Positions 55,701 to 64,000 of a stretch of DNA of 64,000 nucleotides are shown here, piece after piece. The notes below the pieces were generated by a model. That model searched no databases. It saw only the letters and a program-made list of their open reading frames with translations, and was not told the DNA's origin. This DNA comes from Candidatus Moraniibacteriota bacterium (GTDB taxonomy: Bacteria > Patescibacteriota > Minisyncoccia > Moranbacterales > UBA1568), in NCBI GenBank assembly GCA_052034935.1, contig JBPOIB010000004.1:9896-73895 (forward strand), written 5' to 3'. A program made the translations under genes and the position numbers. Position 1 is the stretch's first letter. Each line of letters starts with the position of its first letter.

Positions 55701-58700
55701 CCACATACAACTTGAGAGTGTTCCCATCGTACGAAACCGCCAGGTGATGCCAATCCGTATCCTGGCTCGTTGCTGTCGACTCGACCATGATATTTCCACC
55801 ATACGCCCAAATCGTCGCGTCGCTATTCGCCGTCAGGCCCGTGCCAGCATAAAGCCGGCCATCATAGACCGCGAGCGCATTAATCCGTTCGATAAGATTG
55901 GTCCAACCAGAATTTGCCGCATCACCGCCAATACGTGACCAGGCAGTCGTATTATAACGCCACACCTCACCTTCGCCAGCGCCCTCACCGAGGCCAACAA
56001 TGAGATCGCCATTATACGTCACCAGCGACTTGATGCGCTCATAGAGGTTATCGGTCCAACTGCCGTTCAAGCCATCACCAGCGATCGCCGTTCCGCCCCA
56101 GTTCGTGCCGTCCCATTTCCAGAGCTCGGCGTCGCCGGTACTTGCTCCGAGACCAGCGTAGAGTTCACCACGGTACCAGGTAAGCGCGCTCACCTCCTCG
56201 TAGGTCGAGTTCGCCCAACTTGAATTCACCGTATCTCCACCAAGCTTCGTCCAGCCGACAGTCTGAGTGCACGTTGCAGCCGTATCGCAAGTCCAAACCT
56301 CAGCATCACCGGCGCTTGAACCGAGTCCGACATAAAGGTTCGTCCCTCGGACCGCCATGCTCCAGACCGCTTCGAACATGCTATTGTTCCAGCTCTGCCC
56401 GCCCGCCCCCGTCGCATCGCCACCGCGGAACGTCCAGCCGGCGGTCGTCGTGCAAGTCGCAGCGAGATCACAGGTCCAGAGCTCACCATCCCCAGCCGCT
56501 GTCCCCTGGAGCCCAACATACAGTGTCGAACCGATCACGGTCATCGACCCGATGGTCCGTTTTGTGCCGGCGGCCCAAGATTGACCACCCGTACCCGTTC
56601 CGTCGCCGCCGATTTTGGTCCAGGTTGAACCGTTCCAGCTCCAGACCTCCGCATCACCATTCGTGCCACCGCCGAGCCCTGAGATAAGTGTCGTATTGTA
56701 CGTCGCCATCGCTGTCACCGAACGGTACGTCACTCCGGTCGAAGTGGGATGGCCATAGCCCCAGGAGCCATTTTTGGCTTGTCCGCCGATTCTCGTCCAG
56801 CTCGTCCCATCATATTCCCAGACCAGCGCATTACCATTGGAGGCGGCGGCGGCCAAATCATCACCCGTGCCGGCGTACAGCTTCCCACCGGCGGTCGTCA
56901 TTGATTTGACGCCGTTCATGCCGAAGACGCCCCAGCTATCGTTGAGGTAGTCGCCAGACAACCGAGTCCACCCCGCTGTATTGCTGCACGTACCACCGGT
57001 ATCGCAGCGCCACACTTCAGCACCAGATGTTCCGGCAGCCGAACTCGCACCGACAAAGAGATTCGTCCCCATGAGCGCCAGACTCGAGGCATAGAGGAAC
57101 GACGCGCCGGTCGCATTCCCCCAGGACTGGCCGCTTGCTCCATTGCCATCGCCACCGATTTGACCCCACGCCGGAGCGGTATCACAACTCGTACAGCGCC
57201 ACACTTCGGCATCACCCGCTGTATCCCCGATACCAGCATAGACCGTCGTCCCCGAGGCAAGGAGATCCCAAACACGTTCATAATTCGTATTGAAACTCGA
57301 GTTCACTCCATCGCCACCAACCTTCGTCCAACCGGCAGTGACCGTACAGGTCCCGCCGAGATCACAGCGCCACACTTCGGCATCACCGGCCGGAGTATTG
57401 CCGAGGCCCGCATAGATCATCGTACCGCTCGATGTGAGCGCCCGGACTTCTTCGTAAGCCCCCCATGATTGTCCGCCTGCACCAGTACCGTCCCCGCCCC
57501 GCTTCGTCCAGCCAGCCGTCGTAGAACAGGTACCGCCGAGATCGCAGGTCCAGAGTTCGCCATCACCTGATGTCAATCCTAATCCGACAGCGAGTATCGT
57601 GCCGTTCACGATGGTCATCGCTGAGACTTCTTCGTATACGTTTGTCCAGCTCTGTCCACCGGTACCGGTGCCATCGCCGCCGATCTTGGCCCAGGTCGGG
57701 CTCCCGCCATCGCAATTCGTACAGCGCCAAACCTCCGCATCACCGGCGGTCGTGCCGAGTCCCGCATAGATAGTCGTCCCGGACGCGACCAATGTCGTTA
57801 CTCGCTCATACGGACCAGGTGCAGCGATGAGCCAGCTCGAATTCACCGTATCGCCGCCGACTTTCGTCCACGACGAGCCATTGTAGCGCCACACTTCGGC
57901 CTCACCCGAGCTGTTGCCAATGCCGGCATAAATATTCGTCCCGTCCGAGGCTAGCGAAGAGGCGTCCTCATAGAACCCATCGGCCCAGCTACCATTGACT
58001 CCATCGCCCCCGATTTTCGACCAGACCGGACTCGTTGCACAGTCCGTACATTTCCATATTTCAGCATCACCGGTTACCGTTGTTCCGGTCGTTATACTTC
58101 CAAGCGCGACATAGATATCGCCCCCGACGACAACCTGTCGCCAGACGAAGTTTTTGCCGTTAGCGTCCCAGCTGCCATTCGTCTCGATATTCACCGAGAC
58201 ACCGTTATTATTCAACATGTCCGGACCGGCGACCTGGGCCCACTGATTGGCCGAAGATGGGGCCATCTCGAATGCCACCTTTCCCGTTTCATTATCGTAG
58301 TACATCTGATACGGCCCCTTATCAAGGATGCCTTGCCGGTTGCGATTCGAAGTCGCGTTGAATGCCGAGTCGAATTTCGTCCAGGCTTCGACAGTGAAAT
58401 TTCCTGTCAGCGAAAGCGAGCCAGAATCAGCAGCTGTAAACGATGAGGTTGATCCGTTGAAACCGAGTGCGTTATTCAAGCTCCCCGCTGAATAAGAGGT
58501 GTTCGCTACCGTTCCGGTATTGCCATTGCTCGAGCTATCGGCCGCATTACCGCTCGATTCGTCGAAATGCCAGAGAGCGGCCGTATTCGCATCGTTAGCA
58601 TAGTTCTGCACCTTGAGCCGCGCCGTCGATGACGTCACCTCGACAGTATTAGCATCCGATGGCGTATAGTCGCCCGACACGGAGAAATTCCAGGTATCCG

Positions 58701-58911
58701 TCGTATCGGCGGCCAGAATCTTCGGGATGACGCCTGAGAGGGTGAGGTAGAATCCGACAAGCGCTCCGAAGCTGAGGAAAAACAAGCTAACGGCATTGAA
58801 CTGCCATTTAGCGATGAGAATCTGCTTACGCCAAAGCGTTTTGGCGATCATTCGGATAGTTTTTGTTTTGCTCCAATGAAAAACCATGGCGGGGATTATA
58901 TATCCAATCAC
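52705..58911 (-). CDS. Giant (2068 aa) membrane-anchored surface protein: LamG/ConA-like lectin fold, about 15-20 tandem ~50-aa Trp/Gly repeats, multiple C-terminal fibronectin type III-like domains
   Basis: N-terminal TM. LamG-like segments FTVEAWTKFDS and WHHLAVSYDGNTLKLYVDGV...IDEVRISN. Repeat unit approximately YAG.G...GDAEVWRC(D/T)..GTC..TAGWTK.GGDG(V/T)NSSW. Confidence 0.8.
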   Translation of the reverse strand: MIGYIIPAMVFHWSKTKTIRMIAKTLWRKQILIAKWQFNAVSLFFLSFGALVGFYLTLSGVIPKILAADTTDTWNFSVSGDYTPSDANTVEVTSSTARLKVQNYANDANTAALWHFDESSGNAADSSSNGNTGTVANTSYSAGSLNNALGFNGSTSSFTAADSGSLSLTGNFTVEAWTKFDSAFNATSNRNRQGILDKGPYQMYYDNETGKVAFEMAPSSANQWAQVAGPDMLNNNGVSVNIETNGSWDANGKNFVWRQVVVGGDIYVALGSITTGTTVTGDAEIWKCTDCATSPVWSKIGGDGVNGSWADGFYEDASSLASDGTNIYAGIGNSSGEAEVWRYNGSSWTKVGGDTVNSSWLIAAPGPYERVTTLVASGTTIYAGLGTTAGDAEVWRCTNCDGGSPTWAKIGGDGTGTGGQSWTNVYEEVSAMTIVNGTILAVGLGLTSGDGELWTCDLGGTCSTTAGWTKRGGDGTGAGGQSWGAYEEVRALTSSGTMIYAGLGNTPAGDAEVWRCDLGGTCTVTAGWTKVGGDGVNSSFNTNYERVWDLLASGTTVYAGIGDTAGDAEVWRCTSCDTAPAWGQIGGDGNGASGQSWGNATGASFLYASSLALMGTNLFVGASSAAGTSGAEVWRCDTGGTCSNTAGWTRLSGDYLNDSWGVFGMNGVKSMTTAGGKLYAGTGDDLAAAASNGNALVWEYDGTSWTRIGGQAKNGSWGYGHPTSTGVTYRSVTAMATYNTTLISGLGGGTNGDAEVWSWNGSTWTKIGGDGTGTGGQSWAAGTKRTIGSMTVIGSTLYVGLQGTAAGDGELWTCDLAATCTTTAGWTFRGGDATGAGGQSWNNSMFEAVWSMAVRGTNLYVGLGSSAGDAEVWTCDTAATCTQTVGWTKLGGDTVNSSWANSTYEEVSALTWYRGELYAGLGASTGDAELWKWDGTNWGGTAIAGDGLNGSWTDNLYERIKSLVTYNGDLIVGLGEGAGEGEVWRYNTTAWSRIGGDAANSGWTNLIERINALAVYDGRLYAGTGLTANSDATIWAYGGNIMVESTATSQDTDWHHLAVSYDGNTLKLYVDGVEDTSVATTATMLDTSHPLLLGIQAGSTVAGGVPSGFVGMIDEVRISNIARSSFNTTPYTNIRVAVQPTAAVRLIGTQSWDTFSTTETPNGGAITYRLSDDGGTTWKYWDGGAWSASSGFTQANDEATVNTNIPTFPVTEDGFLWQAIFLGNGDQQVTLNEVVMESTSDLVAPAAPNAITALDQSGGAVNLTTNTWYTYTAPYFSWSGATDAGAGIGGYYVYFGSDNTADPETAGTFQAGSTFVPSSLTSGNTYYLRIRTRDNAQNVSPIYAAFIYKLDSTGPQNPTGVTVAPSGYSSTNDFTFFWTNTAADAASGVDGYQYQVGASINPGSWSSTITATSVNLPGAAYQTGENFFYLRTLDIAGNVSSGSVQVAFYYSGTGPTAPQNADVSPATNSVNSFAFSWDPPSSYSGDVDDLTYCYTVNTLPSEITCSFTSAGATSVAASAFATQVGTNTFYVVAKNADIVGGAINYGAYDSVNFTANTSAPGIPLNIEIADVSVKSTSSWKIALSWEPPSSGASSVQDYEIFRSADGTTFTEAASTTGIAFVDTGLLQQTYYYKIRACDNVHNCGSFSTAVELLPSGRFTTAAELTAEPKVSLITTRAATISWGTDRVSDSKIQYGKGARSYFNEEPSNSDQLTDHEIKLSNLSPGTRYYFKAKWTDEDGNTGTSTEDSFETLPAPTVTDPQAKTVGLSNVVLEFTAQDANSVRIYYGTTASFGSVKEIATSTTKTTYNVTLDNLLDGTKYFYKINTLDSEEEEYDGSILSFETLPRPKISNVRIQQVRGSAQTIMLVSWSTNTETSSIVTYYPEGRPDESRDEVNVKLQKGEHKVMVRNLLPQTPYVLIVKGRDKAGNEAESDPQRFTTATDTRPPQVIDVNVEGTVSTKAGDDANEQSEAQLVVSWTTDELSSSQVEYGEGTGSSYAQKTQEDGNLVTNHTVIISGLTPSKVYHLRIISRDKAGNIGNSVDTVAITPKATANALDLVITSLRSILGQ

Positions 58912-58976
58912 ACCCGGTCCGAGAAATTTCTTCCGGTGTTTCCTTCAGTTTATCACGCTCCTAAAGGAAAAACCAC

Positions 58977-60029
58977 CTAAATTTTGAAGATGATCACGTC
59001 TCCGTCAGCAACGATGTATTCTTTGCCCTCAAGCCGGACCTGACCCTTCTCGCGTGCCGCTCCGTAACTCCCGGCTTCAAGGAGTTTTTCCCAATGGATG
59101 ACCTCAGCGCGGATGAATTTCTCTTCGAAATCGCCATGAATCGCCGCCCCAGCCTGTGGTGCTGTCGACCCTAAAGGAATCGTCCACGCTCGCGTTTCCA
59201 CTTCCCCGGTCGTGAAGTAGGTCATGAGGCCGAGGAGCGCGTACGCCCGAACAATCAGGTCCGAGAGACGCGACTGCATACCCATTTCGGCTGCCTCTTC
59301 CGGCGAAAGAGCAATCAGCTCTTCCTCGATCTTGATATCAAGCTTCACATGGGGTTTCTCCTCGAGCGCGCTTGGGAGCGCCGCGTCGATATCCGAAACA
59401 TTGTAAGCGTAGAGGAACGGCTTCGCGGTGAGGAGCTGCAGACCTTTCGCGATTTTCATTTCAGTTTCATCGGTCAGGCTCGAAACGATGCCATTGGCAA
59501 GTCGCCCAGCCTGAAGTTCAGTCTCGACTTTCTCTAAAAGCGCCAGCTCGAGAATTGCCTCCTTATTCCCCGTCCGCGTTTCTTTCACCGTCTTCAACTT
59601 CCGCTTCGTGACCGTTTCAAGGTCAGCGAGCATCAGCTCGGTATTGATGACTTCGATATCACTCACCGGGTCGATCTTGTTATGGACGTGGATGATGTCG
59701 TCATTTTGAAAAACCCGGACAACTTCGACGATGGCATCGACTTCGCGGATATTGGCCAGAAATTTATTACCAAGACCCTCCCCTTCTGATGCACCTTTGA
59801 CGAGCCCGGCGATATCGACGAACTCGACGACCGCAGGAACAATTTTCTTCGTTTGCGAAAAAGCTGCCAGCTTCGCCAGGCGGGCATCGGGCACTTCGAC
59901 GATGCCGACATTCGGCTCGATGGTGCAGAACGGATAGTTATTGATATCGACCGGCTTCCGGGTCAATGCTTTGAACAGGGTCGATTTTCCGACATTGGGA
60001 AGACCAACGATACCGACTTTGAGGCTCAT
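58977..60029 (-). CDS. ychF: Ribosome-binding ATPase YchF (Obg family)
   Basis: N-terminal G-domain [15 protein letters not shown] and C-terminal TGS domain. Start at ATG 60029; the ORF-track start would overlap the next gene. Confidence 0.9.
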   Translation of the reverse strand: MSLKVGIVGLPNVGKSTLFKALTRKPVDINNYPFCTIEPNVGIVEVPDARLAKLAAFSQTKKIVPAVVEFVDIAGLVKGASEGEGLGNKFLANIREVDAIVEVVRVFQNDDIIHVHNKIDPVSDIEVINTELMLADLETVTKRKLKTVKETRTGNKEAILELALLEKVETELQAGRLANGIVSSLTDETEMKIAKGLQLLTAKPFLYAYNVSDIDAALPSALEEKPHVKLDIKIEEELIALSPEEAAEMGMQSRLSDLIVRAYALLGLMTYFTTGEVETRAWTIPLGSTAPQAGAAIHGDFEEKFIRAEVIHWEKLLEAGSYGAAREKGQVRLEGKEYIVADGDVIIFKI

Positions 60030-60172
60030 AGGGAACGAAAAAATGACTGATTGAACACTCCGGAGCTTAGCGCAAAAGAGGAAAAAGGGAAAGAAAAAAC
60101 GCTTCGGGTGTCTCACGACACTGCGAAGCGTTTCATTGGGGACGCATGGGTCCCTCTGCGATGGAGTCAGGC

Positions 60173-61378
60173 CTAGCAGGCCGACAGGACGATCTGCTGG
60201 CTGCCTTCGGTCCGGTTGAAGGTCACGCCCGTTCCGGGGGTCCACATCTGGTTCGAATCCGTCTCCTTCTGGATAACGAGCCAGCCAGCGCCGTAGAAAT
60301 CGGCCGCATAGTCCCAGACCGTCGCGTCAGTCGGACCGCTACCCTTGTAGACGGTGACATTGCCGGAGCCACACGTCACACCTTCGAAGACGACTTGGAA
60401 GTTGCCGTTGGCATCGACCGTCTGGAAGGCGACCTTGGTGGTGGGAGATGTGCTCCCGACACCCCAGCCAGGCTGTCCCTTGCCGTTGGCATCGTTCGAA
60501 TTCCAGGCGTACATGATGGCCTGGCTCGCGATGAGCTCGGTCAGCTGGCCGTTCTTGCCGAAGCCGGCGAGGGAGTTCGAGTTGAACTTGAGCGTCAGAT
60601 TGCCGCCCGTCCCGGTCTCGACCTTCGCTTGCTGGTAGCCGACGCCCACGAGGCCGTACTCGATGAGGCCAGCGTTCGGGCCGGACGTGAGCAGCATGGC
60701 TTGCATCGGTGCGCCAGCGTCCGACTCGAAGGTGAACTTGCGCTCGGAAGCGAAATCACCCCAGAGCACTTCGCCGTTTTCGTAGTCATCAGCGCCGCCG
60801 GAACCATCCTTGCCGGGCTTGAGCGCGCCCTGCATGATGACGGCGTAGGTACCGCGGTCGTTGTTGCTGGTGCGCGGGAGCTTGGCATAGTTCGGCACCG
60901 GACTGCCTTCACCCGTGAGCATCGGCCCGCAGGCGACCGAAGTACCACCGTTGACCCCCCAGCCGACCCGGCCGCCGAAGAGGCAGGCCCACTTGACCAG
61001 TTTCGGATCGACAAGCAGCGTCTCACCGGGCCGCGAGAGGCCGTAGATCTTGTTGTCGGCGGTGAGGGTGAATCCCCAGTACTGCTCGAACGGCAGCAAG
61101 GTGATCTTGCCACCCGATGTGGTCGGCAATTGGACCGACGATGAACCGGACACGGCGGCCTGGGTGGCAGCCATGATGGTGGCACGGTGGTCGGAGCCAT
61201 CGACGCCAGAACCCGTGGAGGGTGGCGGAGCCGAGATGACCGGCGGAGGGTTTTGCGTCGGCGGCGGATTGGATGTTGCGCCGCTGTCGCCGCCCCCGCC
61301 GCCACAGGCTGCGAGGGACAAAAGGGAGGCAGACACGGAGAGTGCCGCGAGGAAACGGAAAAGCCGTCGTTGGTTCAT
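60173..61378 (-). CDS. Lipoprotein of unknown function (Gly/Ser/Pro-rich)
   Basis: Lipobox LSLAAC followed by poly-Gly and poly-Pro linkers. GC above 65%. Confidence 0.55.
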   Translation of the reverse strand: MNQRRLFRFLAALSVSASLLSLAACGGGGGDSGATSNPPPTQNPPPVISAPPPSTGSGVDGSDHRATIMAATQAAVSGSSSVQLPTTSGGKITLLPFEQYWGFTLTADNKIYGLSRPGETLLVDPKLVKWACLFGGRVGWGVNGGTSVACGPMLTGEGSPVPNYAKLPRTSNNDRGTYAVIMQGALKPGKDGSGGADDYENGEVLWGDFASERKFTFESDAGAPMQAMLLTSGPNAGLIEYGLVGVGYQQAKVETGTGGNLTLKFNSNSLAGFGKNGQLTELIASQAIMYAWNSNDANGKGQPGWGVGSTSPTTKVAFQTVDANGNFQVVFEGVTCGSGNVTVYKGSGPTDATVWDYAADFYGAGWLVIQKETDSNQMWTPGTGVTFNRTEGSQQIVLSAC

Positions 61379-61576
61379 GATTACAGAACTCCTGTATCAG
61401 TTGTGAAGGGGCCACTGGTCGCCGTACAAGGCGGGTTGAGTGGCCTTGACGGCAACGTAGAAATATAGCGCGATTATGTATATTTGTCAACCCCGACAGC
61501 CTGTTTTTTAAGAAAAGAAAGCGCCCCACCCTGCGGAAGACAGGATGAGGCGTGAGGAACGAGGCATGGCCCCGGT

Positions 61577-62737
61577 TCAGAGAACGTTGAGACCGCCGAG
61601 ATTCGCCGGTGTCCAGAGAGGGCTTCTCGGGTTGAGCCAGACATCTTGCCCGCTCTTCAGGCGGAAGACGATGCTTCCCCGGTCATTGTTCGGCATGCCG
61701 GAGAGGTCGACGTACAGGTCGCCGGTGCCGGCCTCGATCTGGAGCACACCACGAATAGTACTCGTGTTGTCCCAGCCGGCGAGAGCCGATTCCCAGCGAG
61801 CATCCAGCACATCACCCGGCTTGGGCCGCGCCGACAGTCCGCCGAGCACATTCGCGCCGAAGTGGACGCGGAGCGTCTGGTCAGTGACGAACGCGATCTG
61901 GCCGAGTCGGTAGTTGCCGTGCTGGAGGGCGACATCACCGTTCGTGTACTCGACGAGTGTGAGACCACCCAGGCTCTCCCAGCGCGGACTCTTCGGATTG
62001 AACCAGACGGTCGAGCCGTTCTTGAGCCGGAGCGTGATATTGCCCCGGTCATTGTTCGGGAGGCCCGAGAGCTCGAAGAAGTAGTCCCCCGTTCCGGCTT
62101 CGGTCTGAAGCGCACCACGGACCGGACTGGTATTGTTCCAGCCAGTCCGTTCGGACTCCCACTGCGCGTATTCGACATCGCTTGCCTTCGGCGTCGCCGA
62201 CAGTCCGCCGAGCACATCCGCGCCGAAGTGGACGCGGTACGCATCCGCGCCGACAGCTGTGATGCGGCCGAGACGGTAGTTGCCGTATTGGAGCGCGCCG
62301 TCCGAAGTGACAGTGATGGGCTTTCCGGTGAACGCCCAGCGGCTCACGTCCCGACTGATCGCGAACGGGATGACTTCGCCTGTCTTCAGGATGACGGAGA
62401 AGTACCCCTTGTCCGAGCGGGCCGCGCCGGCGAGCACGATGACGCCATTCGCAGAGAATGGTGCGCGCACTTCCGAGGCTTCCCAGCCCTGGAGTTCCGA
62501 GATGAAGCGCACTTCCTTGGCTTCACTCGGCGTGATGACCCGGGTCGGGTTCTCGGTCGCGAGGCCTTGAAGCCGGCCGTGCGAAAGGTCAAAGGAGACG
62601 GTGATGTTGCTTTCACCGAGCGCGATCGTCCCGCCCTGGTTGTAGGCCGGAAAGGCGGTGTCTTCCTGATCGCCGCCACCGCAAGCCGCGAGAGCGAGTG
62701 TGCCCGGGAAAGCGAGAAGGAGCTCGCGTCGTTTCAT
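61577..62737 (-). CDS. Lipoprotein with two internally duplicated roughly 120-aa domains
   Basis: Lipobox LALAAC. Internal repeat YGNYRLGRI...HFGADVLGGLSATPK...GLPNNDRGNITLRLKNG vs HGNYRLGQI...HFGANVLGGLSARPK...GMPNNDRGSIVFRLKSG. Start at the internal Met (MKRREL). Confidence 0.55.
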   Translation of the reverse strand: MKRRELLLAFPGTLALAACGGGDQEDTAFPAYNQGGTIALGESNITVSFDLSHGRLQGLATENPTRVITPSEAKEVRFISELQGWEASEVRAPFSANGVIVLAGAARSDKGYFSVILKTGEVIPFAISRDVSRWAFTGKPITVTSDGALQYGNYRLGRITAVGADAYRVHFGADVLGGLSATPKASDVEYAQWESERTGWNNTSPVRGALQTEAGTGDYFFELSGLPNNDRGNITLRLKNGSTVWFNPKSPRWESLGGLTLVEYTNGDVALQHGNYRLGQIAFVTDQTLRVHFGANVLGGLSARPKPGDVLDARWESALAGWDNTSTIRGVLQIEAGTGDLYVDLSGMPNNDRGSIVFRLKSGQDVWLNPRSPLWTPANLGGLNVL

Positions 62738-62893
62738 GGGAAACCTCCCTTCAGAGGAATTGAGTGGCAAAAAAAGGACCGGCTGCACTATAGGAGGAAA
62801 TCATCGCTTTGTCAATTGAAAAATGGCCCATCAAAGCTTGCTGAAACGGACAAAAATTGCCACACTTGAGGCGTATCATTGACTTCATCCATT

Positions 62894-64000
62894 ATGACCG
62901 ACCCGAAGATTTTCAAGGCCTACGACATCCGCGGCATTTACGGTCCGGAAATCGACGACGACACCGCCTACCGGATCGGCCGAGCGCTCATCGTCCATTT
63001 CCAGGCGAAGACGATCGCCGTCGGACGCGATGTCCGAGCGTCCTCCCCGGCTTTGTTCGAAGCCTTCACTAAGGGCGTGATGGAACAGGGCGGCGATGTC
63101 ATCGACCTCGGTGTCATCACGACGCCGATGGTGCACTTCGCGGCCGGCCGGCTCGAAGCTGATCTCGCCGTCGCCATCACCGCGTCGCACAATCCGCCGG
63201 AATACAATGGAATCAAAGTCGACCTCAAAGGTGCGATCCCGGTCGGCGAAAAGACCGGACTCTCGGATATCCGCGATCTCGTCATGGCTGGCAATTTCCC
63301 CGAGAGTACGACCAAGGGCACTCTGACCGAAGAAGATATCCGTCCGGCCTACTATGCGTTCTTCTCGTCCTTCGGAAAACTCGGCTCGCGGCGCTTCACG
63401 ATCGCCATCGACACCGCCAACGCGATGGGTATCGTCGAGCTCCCGATTTACGACGCTTTCAAGGAAAATCTGACCATCCACAATCTCTACAACGACCTCT
63501 CACAGCCGTTTTCCGCCCATGAAGCAAACCCGCTCAAGACCGAAACGCTCGACGAGCTCTGCGCTCTCGTGAAAGAGAAAGGTGCCGACATGGGTATCGC
63601 CTATGATGGTGATGCTGACCGTATCGGCTTCGTCGATGAGACAGGCCGTATCATCCCGATGGACCTCATCACCGGCCTCGTCGCCGAGATTGTCCTCGAG
63701 AAGAATCCTGGCGCCACTATCCTTTATGACCTGCGCTCTTCGCGTGCGGTCAAGGAGGCGATTGAAGTGAAGGGCGGCAAAGCCATCGAATGCCGGGTCG
63801 GCCATGCCTTCATCAAGCGCCAGATGCGCGATGACGGAGCGATCTTCGCCGGCGAACTCTCGGGTCACTACTACTTCGTCGAAAACTCCTATGCCGAAGC
63901 CTCGACCCTCGTCGCACTTCACCTCCTCAACCTCATGGCCGAAACCGGCAAGACACTCTCCGAACTCGTGAATGAGCTCCGCCGCTACTCTCACTCCGGC
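62894..64000 (+). CDS. Phosphomannomutase/phosphoglucomutase (alpha-D-phosphohexomutase family), C-terminally truncated by the window edge
   Basis: Own translation MTDPKIFKAYDIRGIYG... with active-site TASHNPPEYNGIK and metal-binding YDGDADR. Confidence 0.85.
   Translation, partial: MTDPKIFKAYDIRGIYGPEIDDDTAYRIGRALIVHFQAKTIAVGRDVRASSPALFEAFTKGVMEQGGDVIDLGVITTPMVHFAAGRLEADLAVAITASHNPPEYNGIKVDLKGAIPVGEKTGLSDIRDLVMAGNFPESTTKGTLTEEDIRPAYYAFFSSFGKLGSRRFTIAIDTANAMGIVELPIYDAFKENLTIHNLYNDLSQPFSAHEANPLKTETLDELCALVKEKGADMGIAYDGDADRIGFVDETGRIIPMDLITGLVAEIVLEKNPGATILYDLRSSRAVKEAIEVKGGKAIECRVGHAFIKRQMRDDGAIFAGELSGHYYFVENSYAEASTLVALHLLNLMAETGKTLSELVNELRRYSHSG

Noticed and set aside
1-64000. CRISPR arrays, transposases, integrases, prophage genes
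   Set aside because: No spacer-repeat periodicity and no DDE-transposase or tyrosine/serine recombinase signatures were found on either strand. The only repeat structures are the 18-nt pair at 7733/7847, the 24-bp tRNA-Asp repeat and the 13-bp tandem at 52625.

Overview
This 64 kb window is bacterial chromosome of about 60% GC, with a distinctly low-GC (about 45%) block at its left end. That block (1-5650) carries an SNF2-family helicase, a Type III mod methyltransferase and a truncated res gene, and looks like a horizontally acquired defence island. The rest is host-like sequence with many short-leader or leaderless genes preceded by TATACT-type -10 boxes. Recognisable genes include msrA, a PEBP/YbhB protein, uvrA, ogt, uvrB, a DedA protein, a five-tRNA cluster (Ala-Ile-Met-Met-Asp), an ECF sigma/anti-sigma pair, apbE with two ferric-reductase-like haem membrane proteins, nrdG with a split nrdD, a PAS-sigma fusion, a D-2-hydroxyacid dehydrogenase, dprA, topA, zur with a ZIP transporter, rel, a PilB/GspE ATPase, groEL with a CIRCE operator but no groES, a MacB-like ABC pair, a 2068-aa repeat-rich surface protein, ychF, two very GC-rich lipoproteins and a partial phosphomannomutase. 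Things that deserve follow-up: the SNF2-Mod-Res island; a repeat-flanked regulatory region with a candidate ~190-nt sRNA; an identical 17-mer promoter/start motif at two unrelated genes; a tandemly duplicated two-gene secreted/membrane cassette between uvrA-ogt and uvrB; a 24-bp duplication of the tRNA-Asp 3' end (att-like scar); nrdD with its glycyl-radical domain as a separate 68-codon ORF; and a LamG-containing giant protein with about 50-aa tandem repeats. No CRISPR array, rRNA, transposase or integrase was seen.
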